Assembly (NCBI GenBank): GCA_002633005.1 | Contig: NMRA01000401.1 | Location: forward strand, 83,827 to 147,826 | Length of the DNA stretch: 64,000 nt | Direction of reading: 5' to 3' | Source: Phoronis australis | Lineage: Eukaryota > Animalia > Phoronida | Shown here: positions 50,516 through 63,010 of the stretch, piece after piece | Numbering within the stretch: the first letter of the stretch is position 1 | Layout: each line of letters starts with the position of its first letter | Notes under the pieces: model-generated | Databases searched by the model: none | What the model was told of the DNA's origin: nothing | The model's input: the letters and a program-made list of their open reading frames with translations, nothing else | Translations under genes and position numbers: made by a program

Positions 50516-50681
50516 TTATCAAATTCGTAAAGGCAGAAAAATCAGGAACCCCTACTGGGACTCGAACCATGGGTCTCTAGATTGTCAGTCTAGTGCTCTT
50601 ACCCCATATCTGTGTAATTACTGTGGTTCGATTCACAGTTGGGGTTCCTGATTTTTCTGTGTTTATTTGTTTATTTGATAA
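50516..50681. mobile_element. Palindromic element made of two inverted tRNA-like arms
   Basis: TTATCAAA..CAGAAAAATCAGGAACCCC.ACTG.GA.TCGAACC...GGTTCGATTCACAGTTGGGGTTCCTGATTTTTCTG..TTTGATAA. Confidence 0.7.
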
Positions 50682-50964
50682 TTTCATCAGTGTCTGTATT
50701 TACTAGGACACGACAAACTTGGCAGACTTTTGGTGTTTGATTTTCTCCTTTTTTGTCATTGATATGTAGTACAAAATACATGCTTTGTCATGTTCAATTT
50801 CTATGTCATGTGGACATTCACATTGTATGAAGCCTTTGAAAACAATTATTTTTGTCCGAAAGTGGTCGCCGTGGTATTTTGTGATGCATGTCAAGATTGA
50901 TAAATAAAATTTCACTAATCCGACATGGTTTGTCCTAGTTAAGCTAATTGGATTTAACGAAGCA

Positions 50965-51315
50965 ATCAATATGGCAGGTGAATGAAAGTTTATTTTATCT
51001 AATTAAGTCTCGGTTGCATTGTTCAGATGTCAGAAAACAACATTTTGTTAAAAACACTCAATATGACAGTCAAATGAAAATTTATTTTATCTAATTAAGC
51101 CTCGGTTGTATTGTTCAGATGTCAGAAAACGACATTTTGTTAAAAACACTCAATATGGCAGTCAAATGAAAATTCGTTAAAGCCTGTGATTGTATCGTTC
51201 AGATGTCCTAAAACAATATTTTGTTAAAAAGCCCGCGATAGACAAATGAAAATTCATTTTTGTCAAATTAAGTCTTGGTGGTACTGTTAACATGTCAAAA
51301 ATCAAAACATTTTGG
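50965..51315. repeat. Tandem repeat of roughly 90-bp units, 3-4 diverging copies
   Basis: Recurring ATGAAA.TT.ATTTTATCTAATTAAG.CTCGGTTG.ATTGTTCAGATGTCAGAAAAC.ACATTTTGTTAAAAA. Confidence 0.85.
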
Positions 51316-52274
51316 TAAACTTTCGTTATTTGCAGCAAGATAACAATTAGCTTTACAGAAATAGAAAAATAAAAATTGTGCAAAGTACGTGAAGAGTTAC
51401 AGCATGTTTTTCAAGGTACAATGGTAGGGCAGTCATTATGACTGGAGCAATCTGCTGAAAATTAATGCTTTACATCTGGAAAGCTTTTTTGTGATTAACC
51501 CAGTTTAGGAATGAATGAGAAATGCCGTGTAAGTTTTTGCAGTGCGACCAGTGTTTTTTACACACGTCAGATTTTTAAATTGCTTAAAATGTCACACCAG
51601 GTCATTTCCAGGGGTTTTTCGTAGCTGAAGGCAAAAACATAGAAAGGTTGACAAATAAGCATGCTATTTACTTAAAACAGTGCTGTCTCTTAGAGTCTAA
51701 ATCATGAAATATCAAGTTGGTATGTTGTAAAAGCAAAACTGGAAAAATAGTTTTCGTAGTTGTTGATCAAACGTACTGCATTTTAGAATTGTCATGTGAA
51801 AAGGAACTTCAAAGATTTAAATTGGAAATAATGGATCTTAGGTGCCATATAACTGTTTTCGAAAAATGATCGAATCTCACTTGAGCAAAATTGCAGTCTT
51901 TGTGGATGCACACATAACTGTTAGTTATAATTTCTATGAGTTATTTCAAGACTATGATCAGTGCGCTCTCAATTTCTTGGTTTAACATATTATTCAGCCA
52001 TTTTGAAGGTGGAAACTGTAAGATCAGATTTCTGGGTTCGGTCACTTTCCATGAAACAGACTAATGACACGAAATGCTAATATCTCATCAAGTTAAAAAA
52101 CACTTCTCATGCTTTCTGTTCTCCACGCTTGGAATAATGTCTCGATATTTTATGATATGTTGCATGGCAACATCATTAACTCCACTCAAATTGATTGGAC
52201 TTAGTTTGATCTAGGAATAGAATCCATGTTGTTTATGTTAGGAAAATGTAGTCTTTATGGTGACCACAGGTGTT

Positions 52275-52414
52275 CATAGGTGGATCCCCTCTTTTTTCCC
52301 CTTGATTTTAGTGATATCAAATCTAGAATTTTCAAATTGATTTGGATCCCTCATTTTTAAGAAAAATCCTTGATCCGACCCCTCCCCTTTTAAAAGACCC
52401 TGGATCCATACCTG
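52275..52414. mobile_element. Short hAT5-type MITE
   Basis: CATAGGTGGATCC...GGATCCATACCTG; TSD GTGTT at 52270-52274 and 52415-52419. Confidence 0.75.
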
Positions 52415-52514
52415 GTGTTCATTGCTACAAAACTCTTTTTCCTGCTACAGTGAAATTTCACCAATTTCGTCCAAAAAATAATTTCCCAAATCGATATTTT
52501 TTCTTTTTTTTAAC

Positions 52515-52665
52515 ATTGTCATTGACGTCTGCAATTTTTCAGAATTATTGTGTGATGGTAGCTATGAAATGGATCTCTCAAAATTATAAATTGTCATTGA
52601 CGTCTGTAATTTTTCAGAATTATTGTGTGATGGTAGCTATGAAATGGATCTCTCAAAATTATAAA
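52515..52665. repeat. Near-perfect 75-bp tandem duplication
   Basis: ATTGTCATTGACGTCTG.AATTTTTCAGAATTATTGTGTGATGGTAGCTATGAAATGGATCTCTCAAAATTATAA twice. Confidence 0.9.
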
Positions 52666-54289
52666 CCGTTAATTTGATGCTACTTATCTTGTGAAACAGT
52701 GAAATTTCACTTGTTGGTCATTATTATGTCCGTGAGCTTTCACTGTACTTTGATTTACGATATGTATTTGAATTGAGCAATCTGGGTTAAAGACAATCTT
52801 ATTAATATTCACTCCTTCCAGAGGATTTTCATCAGCAGATTAAAGAAACCACTCGATCATTTTTCTAGTTTATAACTGCATTTCGCTGTAGTGTAGCTGT
52901 CAGTGTTGAATTCTTAACTGAGGCGTTTTGGGGTTTTAAAACATTACCGTATTCATCCTTTTCTAAATTATTGCCTAATGAATCGGCAGCTCAAGTCGCA
53001 GGCATTGCATGGGAATGTACTGTTTTCAAATCCGCAATTCTAGAATTAGCAAATCATCAATAAACCTTGCAGACATTTTTGTGTGGATGATGCTCTTTCA
53101 ATGTTTTTATTCGTAAGGAAATTGTAATTGTGTCGTAAGGATTATTATGGGACCGATTGTTTTAGAGTATAACTCGATATTTATTTTTTAGCCAGCTAAA
53201 TGGCAAAATGTAGCTTTAACGAAATGGCATAATAATTGTTATTCCACACCTTTCTCTTACTTTACAATTTCTCCGTAACAAGAAAGCTCATGTCAAGAAA
53301 CTTCAGTGTGTCATTTTTAACCAAGAACAAAAAAATCAGAGTGAATCTGTTTTCTGCTCTGGCCTAACAGCCATAAATATTATTGTATTTTTGAGAAATA
53401 ACAAATGTCTTCTATCAAAGTTTGATAAATTTAGCTATCATTGTCTTGCAGATTGTTTTGCTTCTGATTTCCTTTACGATTTCTACTATCCTCAACAAAA
53501 CTAGACTGCTACGTAGTGCGATTTCTCCAACTTTTTATAAAAATCACTTCGCATGTGTTACATATTTGTTCATTATCATTAATTTCAATCTGGGCTGAAT
53601 GCCAATAGACCCAAGACAGCTTGCACGTGCTCAATATGTGTCGTGCTTGATGGAACGGAAACGAGTGAATTCAATCCTGTAATTCGACATTCTAACCTCC
53701 CCTCCATTTCCTGGGTTGTATTAAGTAAGCTTTCGACTATAGTCAGGAAGCACTCGCCTTTCACTCGCGTAATGTTGCGAGATATTGCTTTTAGTTTTCA
53801 CAAGGAGCAGCTAGAACACTACCATGATATCGGGAGAGGAATAGTAAAGAAATCTGAATTGTCTGCGAAATAATGTATTCTGTGGTGCATTGAAGTGAGT
53901 TGTTTGAATTGAAAAAGCAAATACCAATTTAGTAATTAAATGGCAACTTGGGGATCCAGGAGGTGTAATTTCTCCTCAGCAGACTTGATAAAATAGAAGA
54001 CGACAGGCAATTTCACTTTAAATTTGTTTAAATTGCAGCATTTTTAATCACATGCATTGTAAAGGGCCCTTTCCATGAAGTGAAATTTGCCCTTTGCACT
54101 GTTAAGAAGTCTCTCTTGGTAAAACCTGAGGTGGTTTTATGAGTCAGCAGTCCCTCGTAATGTCACCATTGCTGTCTTGAAGTCTGCGATTAGATGAAGA
54201 ATTGCTGTGATTGTTGTAAATGGTTCATTTTGATGACCTTGATTAACCTATATTTCAGGTGGAAACAGTCCTAACCTGCGCCAGTAACC

Positions 54290-55195
54290 ATGGGGTCTTT
54301 TCTCGGACACTTAATTCCAGGCTTGTTCTTCTTGATGTTTGCATTCTGGTGGGCCGTTAACATCTTCGTCCGGTTCTGCAAACACAAGTACAAGAAGATT
54401 CCTTTCAAGTCCTTGGCCTGTTATCCCCTTCCTTGTACTTGTTGTGGGCGATGCAAGCGCTGGCCATTCGAAGGACTCTTCAAGATCATTGCCACGTCTA
54501 CAGGGGTCGCCGGTGAGGTCATTACAGGCTACATGGACCCCACGTTTCCCATGGGAAATAAGCAGCACATTCTGATGTACATCTTCTTCGGACTTACCGG
54601 CGTCATTGACATCCTGCTGCATCATGGCTTCCCGGTACCCCAGGGAACGGACTTTGCAGGCCTCATCATTGCCACCACCATCGAGCTGGTGCTGTTTCGC
54701 TTCCATCTACACGACCGAGAGCCTCTGGACGTTCACGTTCACATGCTCCTGGTGTACGCTTTGTGCGTTACTATTGTCGTCCTGCTGATTCAAATGAAGT
54801 ACAGACATAACCCCCTTCCTGCTTTAGCTACGTCATTCGCTTTCTTTGTTCAGGGTACGTGGTTCATCCAGGTGGGTCAAATTTTGTATAACCCAATAAA
54901 GGGGGCTGAGCCATGGGACGTGAAGGATCCCGAATCGATTATGATGGTGACTATATATTTTGCTTGGCACCTTGGGCTTGCCTTTATGTTCTATTTAGTG
55001 CTCAGCTTGTTCATTAGTTGCATTTATCGCCGATGTTACGCCGGGTCAGTGGATAAAACGTCATCTGTCGCCATGCAGCGTTTGGTTTCTAAAGGCACCA
55101 ATGGTCACACTCACATCGGTTTTGACGAGAGTGAGAGTGACATTGAGTACCACCAACCACTTATCAATGAACAACATCAAACTGAAGAAGAATAA
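54290..55195 (+). CDS. TMEM45B: Transmembrane protein 45 family (DUF716), TMEM45B-like, 301 aa, single coding exon
   Basis: MGSFLGHLIPG, QHILMY.FFGL.G, FRFHLHDREPLDVHVH.LL, QGTWFIQVG..LY, F.WH motifs; about 7 hydrophobic segments; ACCATGG start context; acceptor tttcag| at 54258. A versus B paralog cannot be assigned. Confidence 0.9.
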   Translation: MGSFLGHLIPGLFFLMFAFWWAVNIFVRFCKHKYKKIPFKSLACYPLPCTCCGRCKRWPFEGLFKIIATSTGVAGEVITGYMDPTFPMGNKQHILMYIFFGLTGVIDILLHHGFPVPQGTDFAGLIIATTIELVLFRFHLHDREPLDVHVHMLLVYALCVTIVVLLIQMKYRHNPLPALATSFAFFVQGTWFIQVGQILYNPIKGAEPWDVKDPESIMMVTIYFAWHLGLAFMFYLVLSLFISCIYRRCYAGSVDKTSSVAMQRLVSKGTNGHTHIGFDESESDIEYHQPLINEQHQTEEE

Positions 55196-58100
55196 ATCAT
55201 TAAAATCGGTTATTGTTTTTACAGCGCTATTCTTCGTTCCTTGAAAATTGTGGTCAATGAGTGCACATATTGCTTTGTAAGGTCGAGGTCTTCTTAATAC
55301 GGTGTTTACAAGCACCAGTATCATTATTTTTGTTATTATCATTGTGACCCTAAAGGCATTCTTCTAGTCCCATCACTCACATGGTGAGCTGGTAATAAAA
55401 CGTGGATGCCAAACATGGCGCCATGAACTTCTGGTCTCGTAACAGGTCTCGTATTAAAGGGAGAAGAGTGCTACGAGATTGCCTACAATCTACAATGCCT
55501 ATTGTAGCAGATTGGCTAGTTATGTATTAATAGGGTTCGTTAAAGAAATCCCTCAATGCGCCATTCAGGTCAAACTTTTTATTGAAATAAATCGAGATGG
55601 CATCAATGAACCTTTCCAGTGAAGTTATCAATGAACACTGTTCTGTGTTTGGTTCTGTCGCGTGTAATTAGAAACGGTTATTTGCTGTAATAAAAACCAA
55701 AAGCAAGATTCCACACGTAACCATGAACCAAAACCATAGTTTTTAGAGATTTGGCTTAAAGCCAGGCTTCCGAAATCAACCTTCGCTCATCTGTCTCTAA
55801 AATTGGAAAGTTTGGTGATGCAGGTGTCTACTTGAGCTTTCTTCCTAGCAATTGGCTACATCTGGCTGATTTTGCTTTGCTGCCAAGTCATATTTAATTG
55901 GGTTAACATGCAATGCGAATTACTTTTACCATGACAACAGTGTCATTCTTCTATTAATTTGTACCAAAAATGTACCGACAATGCATTATTGCTATACAAA
56001 AATAATTAGTCGATTTTTGTGGTTATACATACTGCTGGGATCTTAATTGAAGGATCTAACTACTTGAGAGATCTTGGATTCGGAAGATTTTAAAATTTAA
56101 GAAACAAGTTGTGTGAGTGCACACATTTTAGTAGGAGAATAACTGTGTGTTGTATTTTGGTCTATTTGCTTTCGAGTCATGCTGCGCAATATTTTTTGTC
56201 TAGTCATGTAGTGAGGCTGGTTGTTGCGCTGCGTTGATATCCACTGACCCATGCTAGCTTGCATCATGCTTGCCGAATTGTTGTTTGGCTAAATTGATTA
56301 TCATGATTTTTGCATGAGTTTTATCTTAGCATTGTGTGTGAAATGCAATCAATCAACAGCTGCTTGTGCTTTAGTAGCAAATTGGCGGTGCCTTTTGGTC
56401 AGACTTTGCCAAGAATCCTGTAGTGCAGTGCAGTACATGCCAAACGTATTCAGACAAAATTACCCACAATTCCCCATCATGATGGCTGGGCAGCAGCTGA
56501 ATTTATAGTCAGAGCAGCTTTGCCTCATGACAGGAAAGTTTGAGACGTGGGTAAGCCACTCTGTATTTTTTTTGGCTGTATCATAATCATTTCTAGTCTT
56601 TTCTGGTGTTATTGTAATTAGTCATTGTGACTTGGAGACGGTATTTTGTCTGCGTACTTTAGTCTTGTACTGTACTTTGGGAATATATCAGATATGTATA
56701 TGTTTATATGGTCACCATCATATTTACTATAAATTGAGCTTTTTCCGTGATCATAAATTTAAAGTGAGCTAGGAAGTAACCTTTTTTCCATGGTGTGGTC
56801 TTAGTGTGTACTGTTTACATGAAAATGTGCTACGGGTTTCAACATATTAATATATTAATGATTTAGGTAATGATTGTTATGAATTCAGGTAGACTGTTCA
56901 GTGTATGATGACTGTGTAATGTCTTATGTACTGTGCAGTGATAAAGTTGACCGCTGCTTCGATGGGTTAAAATGGCCAGTGTGGGATAGATTAAAAATGA
57001 AGCAGTTTATTAAACCAAATCAAAGTTACATCTGTGATCTCCATTCCAACCACAATATAACAGGAAAGAAGTGTCGGAGTTTGTTACTGCTTTAACTCTG
57101 TCTTTGTACAGAGATGTTCTGTCAGATATAGCTTTGAGCCAGTAAATTAAGCTGGGTCATATGATGGTTGTAGACAATGTTCTTTTGGGCAGGTGTTCAG
57201 CGCCACCTATACAGTACACATGTGATGTGCATAGATGTATAAATCTAGGGTTTTCCAGCTTTGTAACAAAATTTTTGAGCTCAGGCCATTAAATATAACA
57301 CTTCCGTGCACTGGGATGTTTAGATGACTCTTGCTAAAACCCCATCCTCACAAAATGTCCATAGATGAATCAATACAACAACACCCCTTCTCCACTCTAG
57401 CAGTCTGTCCGATGACATTGCAGATTGCAGGAATCGGAAATGGCTTTTGTTCTCTCATTACTCTAAAGACTTATATGTTGGATGTTCGCTATAATGTTTC
57501 TGCACGGCTTTGATTTGTTTGTTTTAAGTTCATATTAATTACTATATTTGCTGTAACTGAAGAACATTGAACTGAAAGGGATCATTAAATGAGCGTATAT
57601 CGTCTGATGCTATATCTTTAGTCCAAGCTCAGCTAGAGTTGATGGAGTCTGTTTAAGATGGCAACAGTTAATGGCACCAAAAGCAATATGGGTGCTGGAT
57701 TTGAGAAATGGCTGGTTTCCTGCTTGCACACCAGGCCTTGTGGTCTAATTGTTGTGCTTGATATCGAATTCAAAATTAGTTTTGACGTTTTCCTGCCAGT
57801 ATACTTTTGTGCATACTGTATTTTTTGATTGAATATATTATGTAATTTATGCAGGTGAGTCTCTAGTTCTAGTTCACACTTGATAATTCCCCCAATTTTA
57901 GCTGCAAACTCAAGTAAAAAACTCAAGGTTTCGAGTTCACTTCCAACTTGTAGCTTTAACGCTGGGGTCAAGTACAAACTAGGATTAGACAGTAATCCGA
58001 GCATAACCCACAGTGTACTCAGCATAGGATAATAGACACTTATCTAGAATTCCCACGAAAGTAGAACTGAAAAATGTAAAATGATCTTGATTTTGGTTAC

Positions 58101-61100
58101 AGAGATTAAATCCTGACCTCCTTGTAATGTTACTGTTGCCTGATGGTGTTTTGCATTGTAGGCCACCGAACACAACTGTTGTGTGATGGTGTTTTGCATT
58201 GTATACCAAGAGAATGCATTAGTCAGTTCGTCAACCTTTGATGTCATGTTCTTGTTAAAATTTTCCATGATTTACACTCATTTGTTGTGGCATGATGTTG
58301 TTGGGGTAAAAAATAATGCTTTTGTACAATTATTTGGTTATCATAATTTATTGTTATGACTTAGGAGTACACAAGTGCCCATGACAGTTATACTATTTTG
58401 GTTGATTACTTCCATTAATTGTAGTGCTTAATTGTTATTGCTTTGGTAATTGTTAAATGGTTAATCCCTGCTTGAAGGCTTAGTCCCAAGGTTAAACACT
58501 GCAATAAAAGAATGAGGATGTTTCAGTGAACTTGAGAGAAATAGGAAGCTGGTAAATGAAGAAGGTTGTACATTTAGTGGCAGGTATCTGTTTCCAAAAA
58601 AGTATCCAATCAGTGGAAATTACCATCCTCATAAGAGTCTTCACTCTGCAAGTATTTTCTTGGCAACTGTATGGCGGAGGATGTTACTGGTTTAAATTTC
58701 TCATGTAGCTGGTATATTGAACTCCTAAGTTAGGCCAAAAGCATCATGGTGGTTCTGGGTTTTTTTTTTGAAAGGGTGTTGGTGGTACTTTTATTTTTCA
58801 GGAAAGAAAATCCACATAAGACTAGATAAAATGACCTGGGATTTGTTTTTGTTTTACTCATCGGTTGGTAAATCGTGACATTTCACTGCTGCTTACTTGC
58901 CTTTGAGTAACTTTTCAAAATAAAACACTCCTATGCTGATTCATGGCAGTGCGAATTTTTTCTTTTTTAGTCTGGTCCACTTAGAACCATCTATGCTTTT
59001 GGCCTTACTGACATAGATTCATTTTTAGGTTATAGGTGAGGAGTCAAGATTTAGGGTTAGAATTGCTGGTCCATCTTAAAGGGTACTATACCAGATTTAG
59101 GGAAACAGTGTATGTCTATTAATTGTTATCTTCACGTTTAAGGCGACATGTAAGAAGTATGGTTGGTCAGGCGGTGTCCAACACTGGTCAGCTCTTCTTG
59201 CTGTCACTGAATTCTGTCTCTTTAATGTTGGTGGTGGGGTTGTAGGGCGCCAGAATAGTGCTGGCAAAATATTTGAACAAAATGACATTGCATATTCAAC
59301 ATACTATTCAATGACAACAAACATCTTTAACAGATCTTGTTTTTTTTTGGTCAATCAATCTTATATTGACTGGTGAAGCTGTCTCAACAAAATGCGGAAA
59401 TGGACATACGAGATTCTTAACAAGGTACATGTATCTTTAATATCCGGGTTCTACTGTCAGAGATTCTCGCGCGCCTTTTGTACTCAGCTACGCATTGGCA
59501 TGTGAATGTTTTGTTCGTCGATGTTTACTCCATCGATTTCAGGGTTGTAATTAGAGGTATTTAGATTATCTTTTATATTGTGTAAAAACTTGGAATAACA
59601 GTGCCGTGTCGTATTATTATGCGGATGTTAAGTGTAGCTTTTGCGGATTCCTGCCTGGGCTCAAGTGAATAGCCCGCGCTGTCTTTCTTATTTGCTATTA
59701 TTATATACGCACACTGTGTGCATATGTGTAACATTTAATGGGACAAGGAATATCATTTATAATGGAGTATTTTTGTAAATTGAGAAATAAATTGATGCAC
59801 CAGTGTCTCTCGATCTCTTCGTACATTTCGGACTACTCTCTTCAGTCCTTTGTCAACGACTGGTGACGGGACTTCAGGTTTCAGTCGTTGAAGCCGTGCA
59901 TGATTAGGAAGTTTCAGCGCCGGGGTTTCCGTCGCGAAACGAAATGTGTCGATTTCACCGTCAATAATCGACACATTTTAAAATGCGCGTTTACCCTATG
60001 TCGTGCCACTGTTGGACATAATTGTCATACTTGGCCCAAACTGTCGCCCTGTGGCGACCATATGTGGCCAGTGAACATGAGTACGTCAAAGTATGTCACA
60101 ATGCAAACGGGAATAGAATCAAGCTCGGCAAAGTTCGTCCAGTTCTGTGTGACGTTACCAACGAGCTATATATTAATTTATCTCATTGTACATTACTACA
60201 TGGGCCTATATACATTAAAACATCGTACGGAAAATGGCAAATCGAGCGCGCATAGAATAGGCTTCAGGTCATATTTTGCCTGTCAGGAAATTTGAATTCA
60301 TATTAGAAATATTAGAAATCAGTCGCATACTTTTCTGTCTAATTTAGCAGAAAAAATCGTCGTTTTTTCAACACAAGACAGCTTTATAACGCGTGAGAAT
60401 ATTGAAGTACAACGGCTAAAATTGTACTTCATACCTGCCTTTACAGCCAAACGAAGCAGGTGGTTGGGTTGCATAAAACATGAAAACATCCCGCTCTATG
60501 AGTTTTATGGTTGCTAGGCGACAAGTGGATTGTTCAACAATAGCAGCATGGTGTGTCATAACGTGACGTCATTTTTGCTGTCCAGCCTATGATGCAGTCG
60601 GGCCGTTGTTGATATGAAATGCAATTTTAAAAATACTTCTACGCTTAATTCATCGTTTGTGATCAACAAAACTGCCAACACATGAAAAGCACTTGTTCTA
60701 GGTTATTTTTTTGTCTTTTTTCAGACAAGTCTTTCATTCTTAAGAAACAAAATGTGAACATTGAAAAAGTACTAAACTTGGACGTTTTCGTTTGGTGTAC
60801 TCTTAATCTCCAAGATGCGTAAACAAGTTGATGGTTGCGACGCCTTTCGAGTATCGCCAGAGTTAAGTGGTTGTGAACGTTTTCCTCCGAACCAGTATTA
60901 AGTCCGGCTGCACATGTCATCCAATGTGATCGCTTGTCTGTATCTGCCCTGAACAAACGATTGAGTCCACCGACCTTTTGAGACTACATATTTTGCTCGT
61001 GCGTTTTATTTTCACACATTATTTATGATATTGATTCAGTGTGTGAAAAAGGCAGCATGGTAATTTAATATTCTATTTCATGTAAGTGGAGTACGTCAAT

Positions 61101-61977
61101 GCATCACGTATTTTCTGGCGCGAAGTTAAGAAACGTTCCTCGGTTGTTTTGAACCGATTTGGACCATCCGCGGACTCTGTGGAGTTTGCCTTGGCTTTTT
61201 TGGTCTGGATTTATAATCCACGGACTCATTTATTTCCATTGATGGCGATTTTGGGCCTGTTAGTTGTAGCTAACTTTGTACGGTCATCTAGGGAACCTCT
61301 AACGTTGTAGCGACGAAGACCACAGGGGGTTGAAATTGTGACTCGCCGGGAAGACAGCTTGAAAACTACTGGGGCCCGAGTATTGTAGCGACGGGAATGT
61401 AAAAAATGTGTCATCAGAGAAAAGGCCGGTAACTCAAGTTTCCAGTATCTGGTTGCATGAAACAGTCTCAAATGGGGACTCGGCTAAGTTCCCTAAACCT
61501 ACTACGTAGCTGTGCATTTCTTTACACACAGATATGATCATTTTTATAATTTCATGTTCATTATGATCTCCTCTTTACCTATTGATATTTTCTAATACTT
61601 TAACTAAAGCTGAGCCCTGAGTTCGGTGAAAGTAAATAAGGACTTAGTCTGCATGATCTTGTTACGGTGAACGCGGCGAAGGTGATCGTCTTACGGTGAC
61701 TGCTGCTTGACAATCGTAGATGCATAGGCTTTTGATGTAGCCAACTTAAAAAACTGCGTTTTTGCAGAGTGGCTTTAATAATTACATTGAGATGCTTTGC
61801 AAACATTTCGTTATGAGAAATCTAAAATAGTAGACCCTTGTGACAGCATCACGCTAAAAAACCAAGGCAATATAGCAGATGAATATTGTCTCCCATATTC
61901 ACAACTCCGCCATTTTCATGAAATTATCCATCAAGCAAGTGTCAACGAATACTCGGACTTAAACAGGATGCAATCGG

Positions 61978-62397
61978 TCACACCGTTTCACTCCGTGATC
62001 TCAGCATCATCCTTTTTCGCAACGATTTCGTCATGTTCAATAATACGGAGCGTTTTTCCATGGCAATTAAGTTTTTGACGAAGTCGGATTTTATCTGCAA
62101 CACCACTTCCTCCACGACCTCTCTGACGTCATCATAGCTTTCGGATACTGAGATTTCATAAAAAGGACACTCCAGTTCGTGTGCATATTTTTCCAGGACT
62201 TTATTCTCTACAAGTCTGTGGTGCGTTAAATCTGTTTTGTTGCCGACAAGAACCATCGGCGTACCCGGCGGTTTGTATTTGTCGATGCACCGTTTATATC
62301 TGGACAGTTGCTGAAATGTGTTCGTATCTGTCACTGAGAACATGAGAATAAATCCATCGGCGGCCTTGACATTGGTCTCAAGAACGGCATCACAATC
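61978..62397 (-). CDS. Last coding exon of a RERG/RASL-like Ras-family small GTPase (upstream exons not found in the window)
   Basis: Acceptor tctttag|GAT; DCDAVLETNVKAADGFILMFSVTD..PMVLVGNKTDL.HHRLV..CPFYEISVSESYDDV..RSRSETV*; G4 NKTD and G5-like EIS; no CAAX. Confidence 0.85.
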   Translation of the reverse strand, partial: DCDAVLETNVKAADGFILMFSVTDTNTFQQLSRYKRCIDKYKPPGTPMVLVGNKTDLTHHRLVENKVLEKYAHELECPFYEISVSESYDDVREVVEEVVLQIKSDFVKNLIAMEKRSVLLNMTKSLRKRMMLRSRSETV

Positions 62398-62760
62398 CTA
62401 AAGAATATACAAGCTGATCAGCAACAATACCACTTAGAACCATATATAATGGAAATATAAAAGAAGAGAAAATTCAATTAGGGTACTTAATGGAACATTC
62501 ACGTTTACGCGTAACACACGTGTACCCTCTGAAAATCTACTGCCATCTTAAGGTTACACCAGCAGCGATTATCGTCTTTTGCCGAAGTGTAACGAGGTGG
62601 CCAGCTTCCTGTTTCATTTAAAGTTTTGTAGTAGCCTGGATAACTTCGGAGCAAAACATCTCAGGAATGACTGATTGGGTTCACATGAAACTTTGAGATA
62701 ATATAATTTACGCTTTCGCTCACTGAAACGGTTTAAGGAATTGTTTTTCCCTTTTTACAC

Positions 62761-63010
62761 GAGGGACTATCAAAAATATTTTTTTTTGAGATTTTCACAA
62801 AACAACTAAATTACCTAAAACGAAAAAGAAACGATACTTTAGAAAACTAAGTTTTTGAGATCCCATCTTGAGCGTTTGCATCAAATAAAATTTGACCATG
62901 GTATTGATACCGCTGCTTTACTATCAATGCTTTCTTTTTTCCTAAATTTTACTGTAAGATATGGTCACATGACCTAATTAGTGGTAGATTGATAAAAATA
63001 AAAATCAGTT
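62761..63010. mobile_element. Second copy of the Kolobok-like MITE
   Basis: Colinear similarity with 30989-31311. Confidence 0.55.

Noticed and set aside
54311-54788. Overlapping ORFs inside TMEM45
   Set aside because: Shadow frames of a GC-richer real CDS.
57633-58025. 130-aa minus-strand ORF
   Set aside because: Overlaps a dispersed repeat shared with 16.3 kb; no domain motif.
59888-60295. 135-aa plus-strand ORF
   Set aside because: No protein-family signal or splice support.
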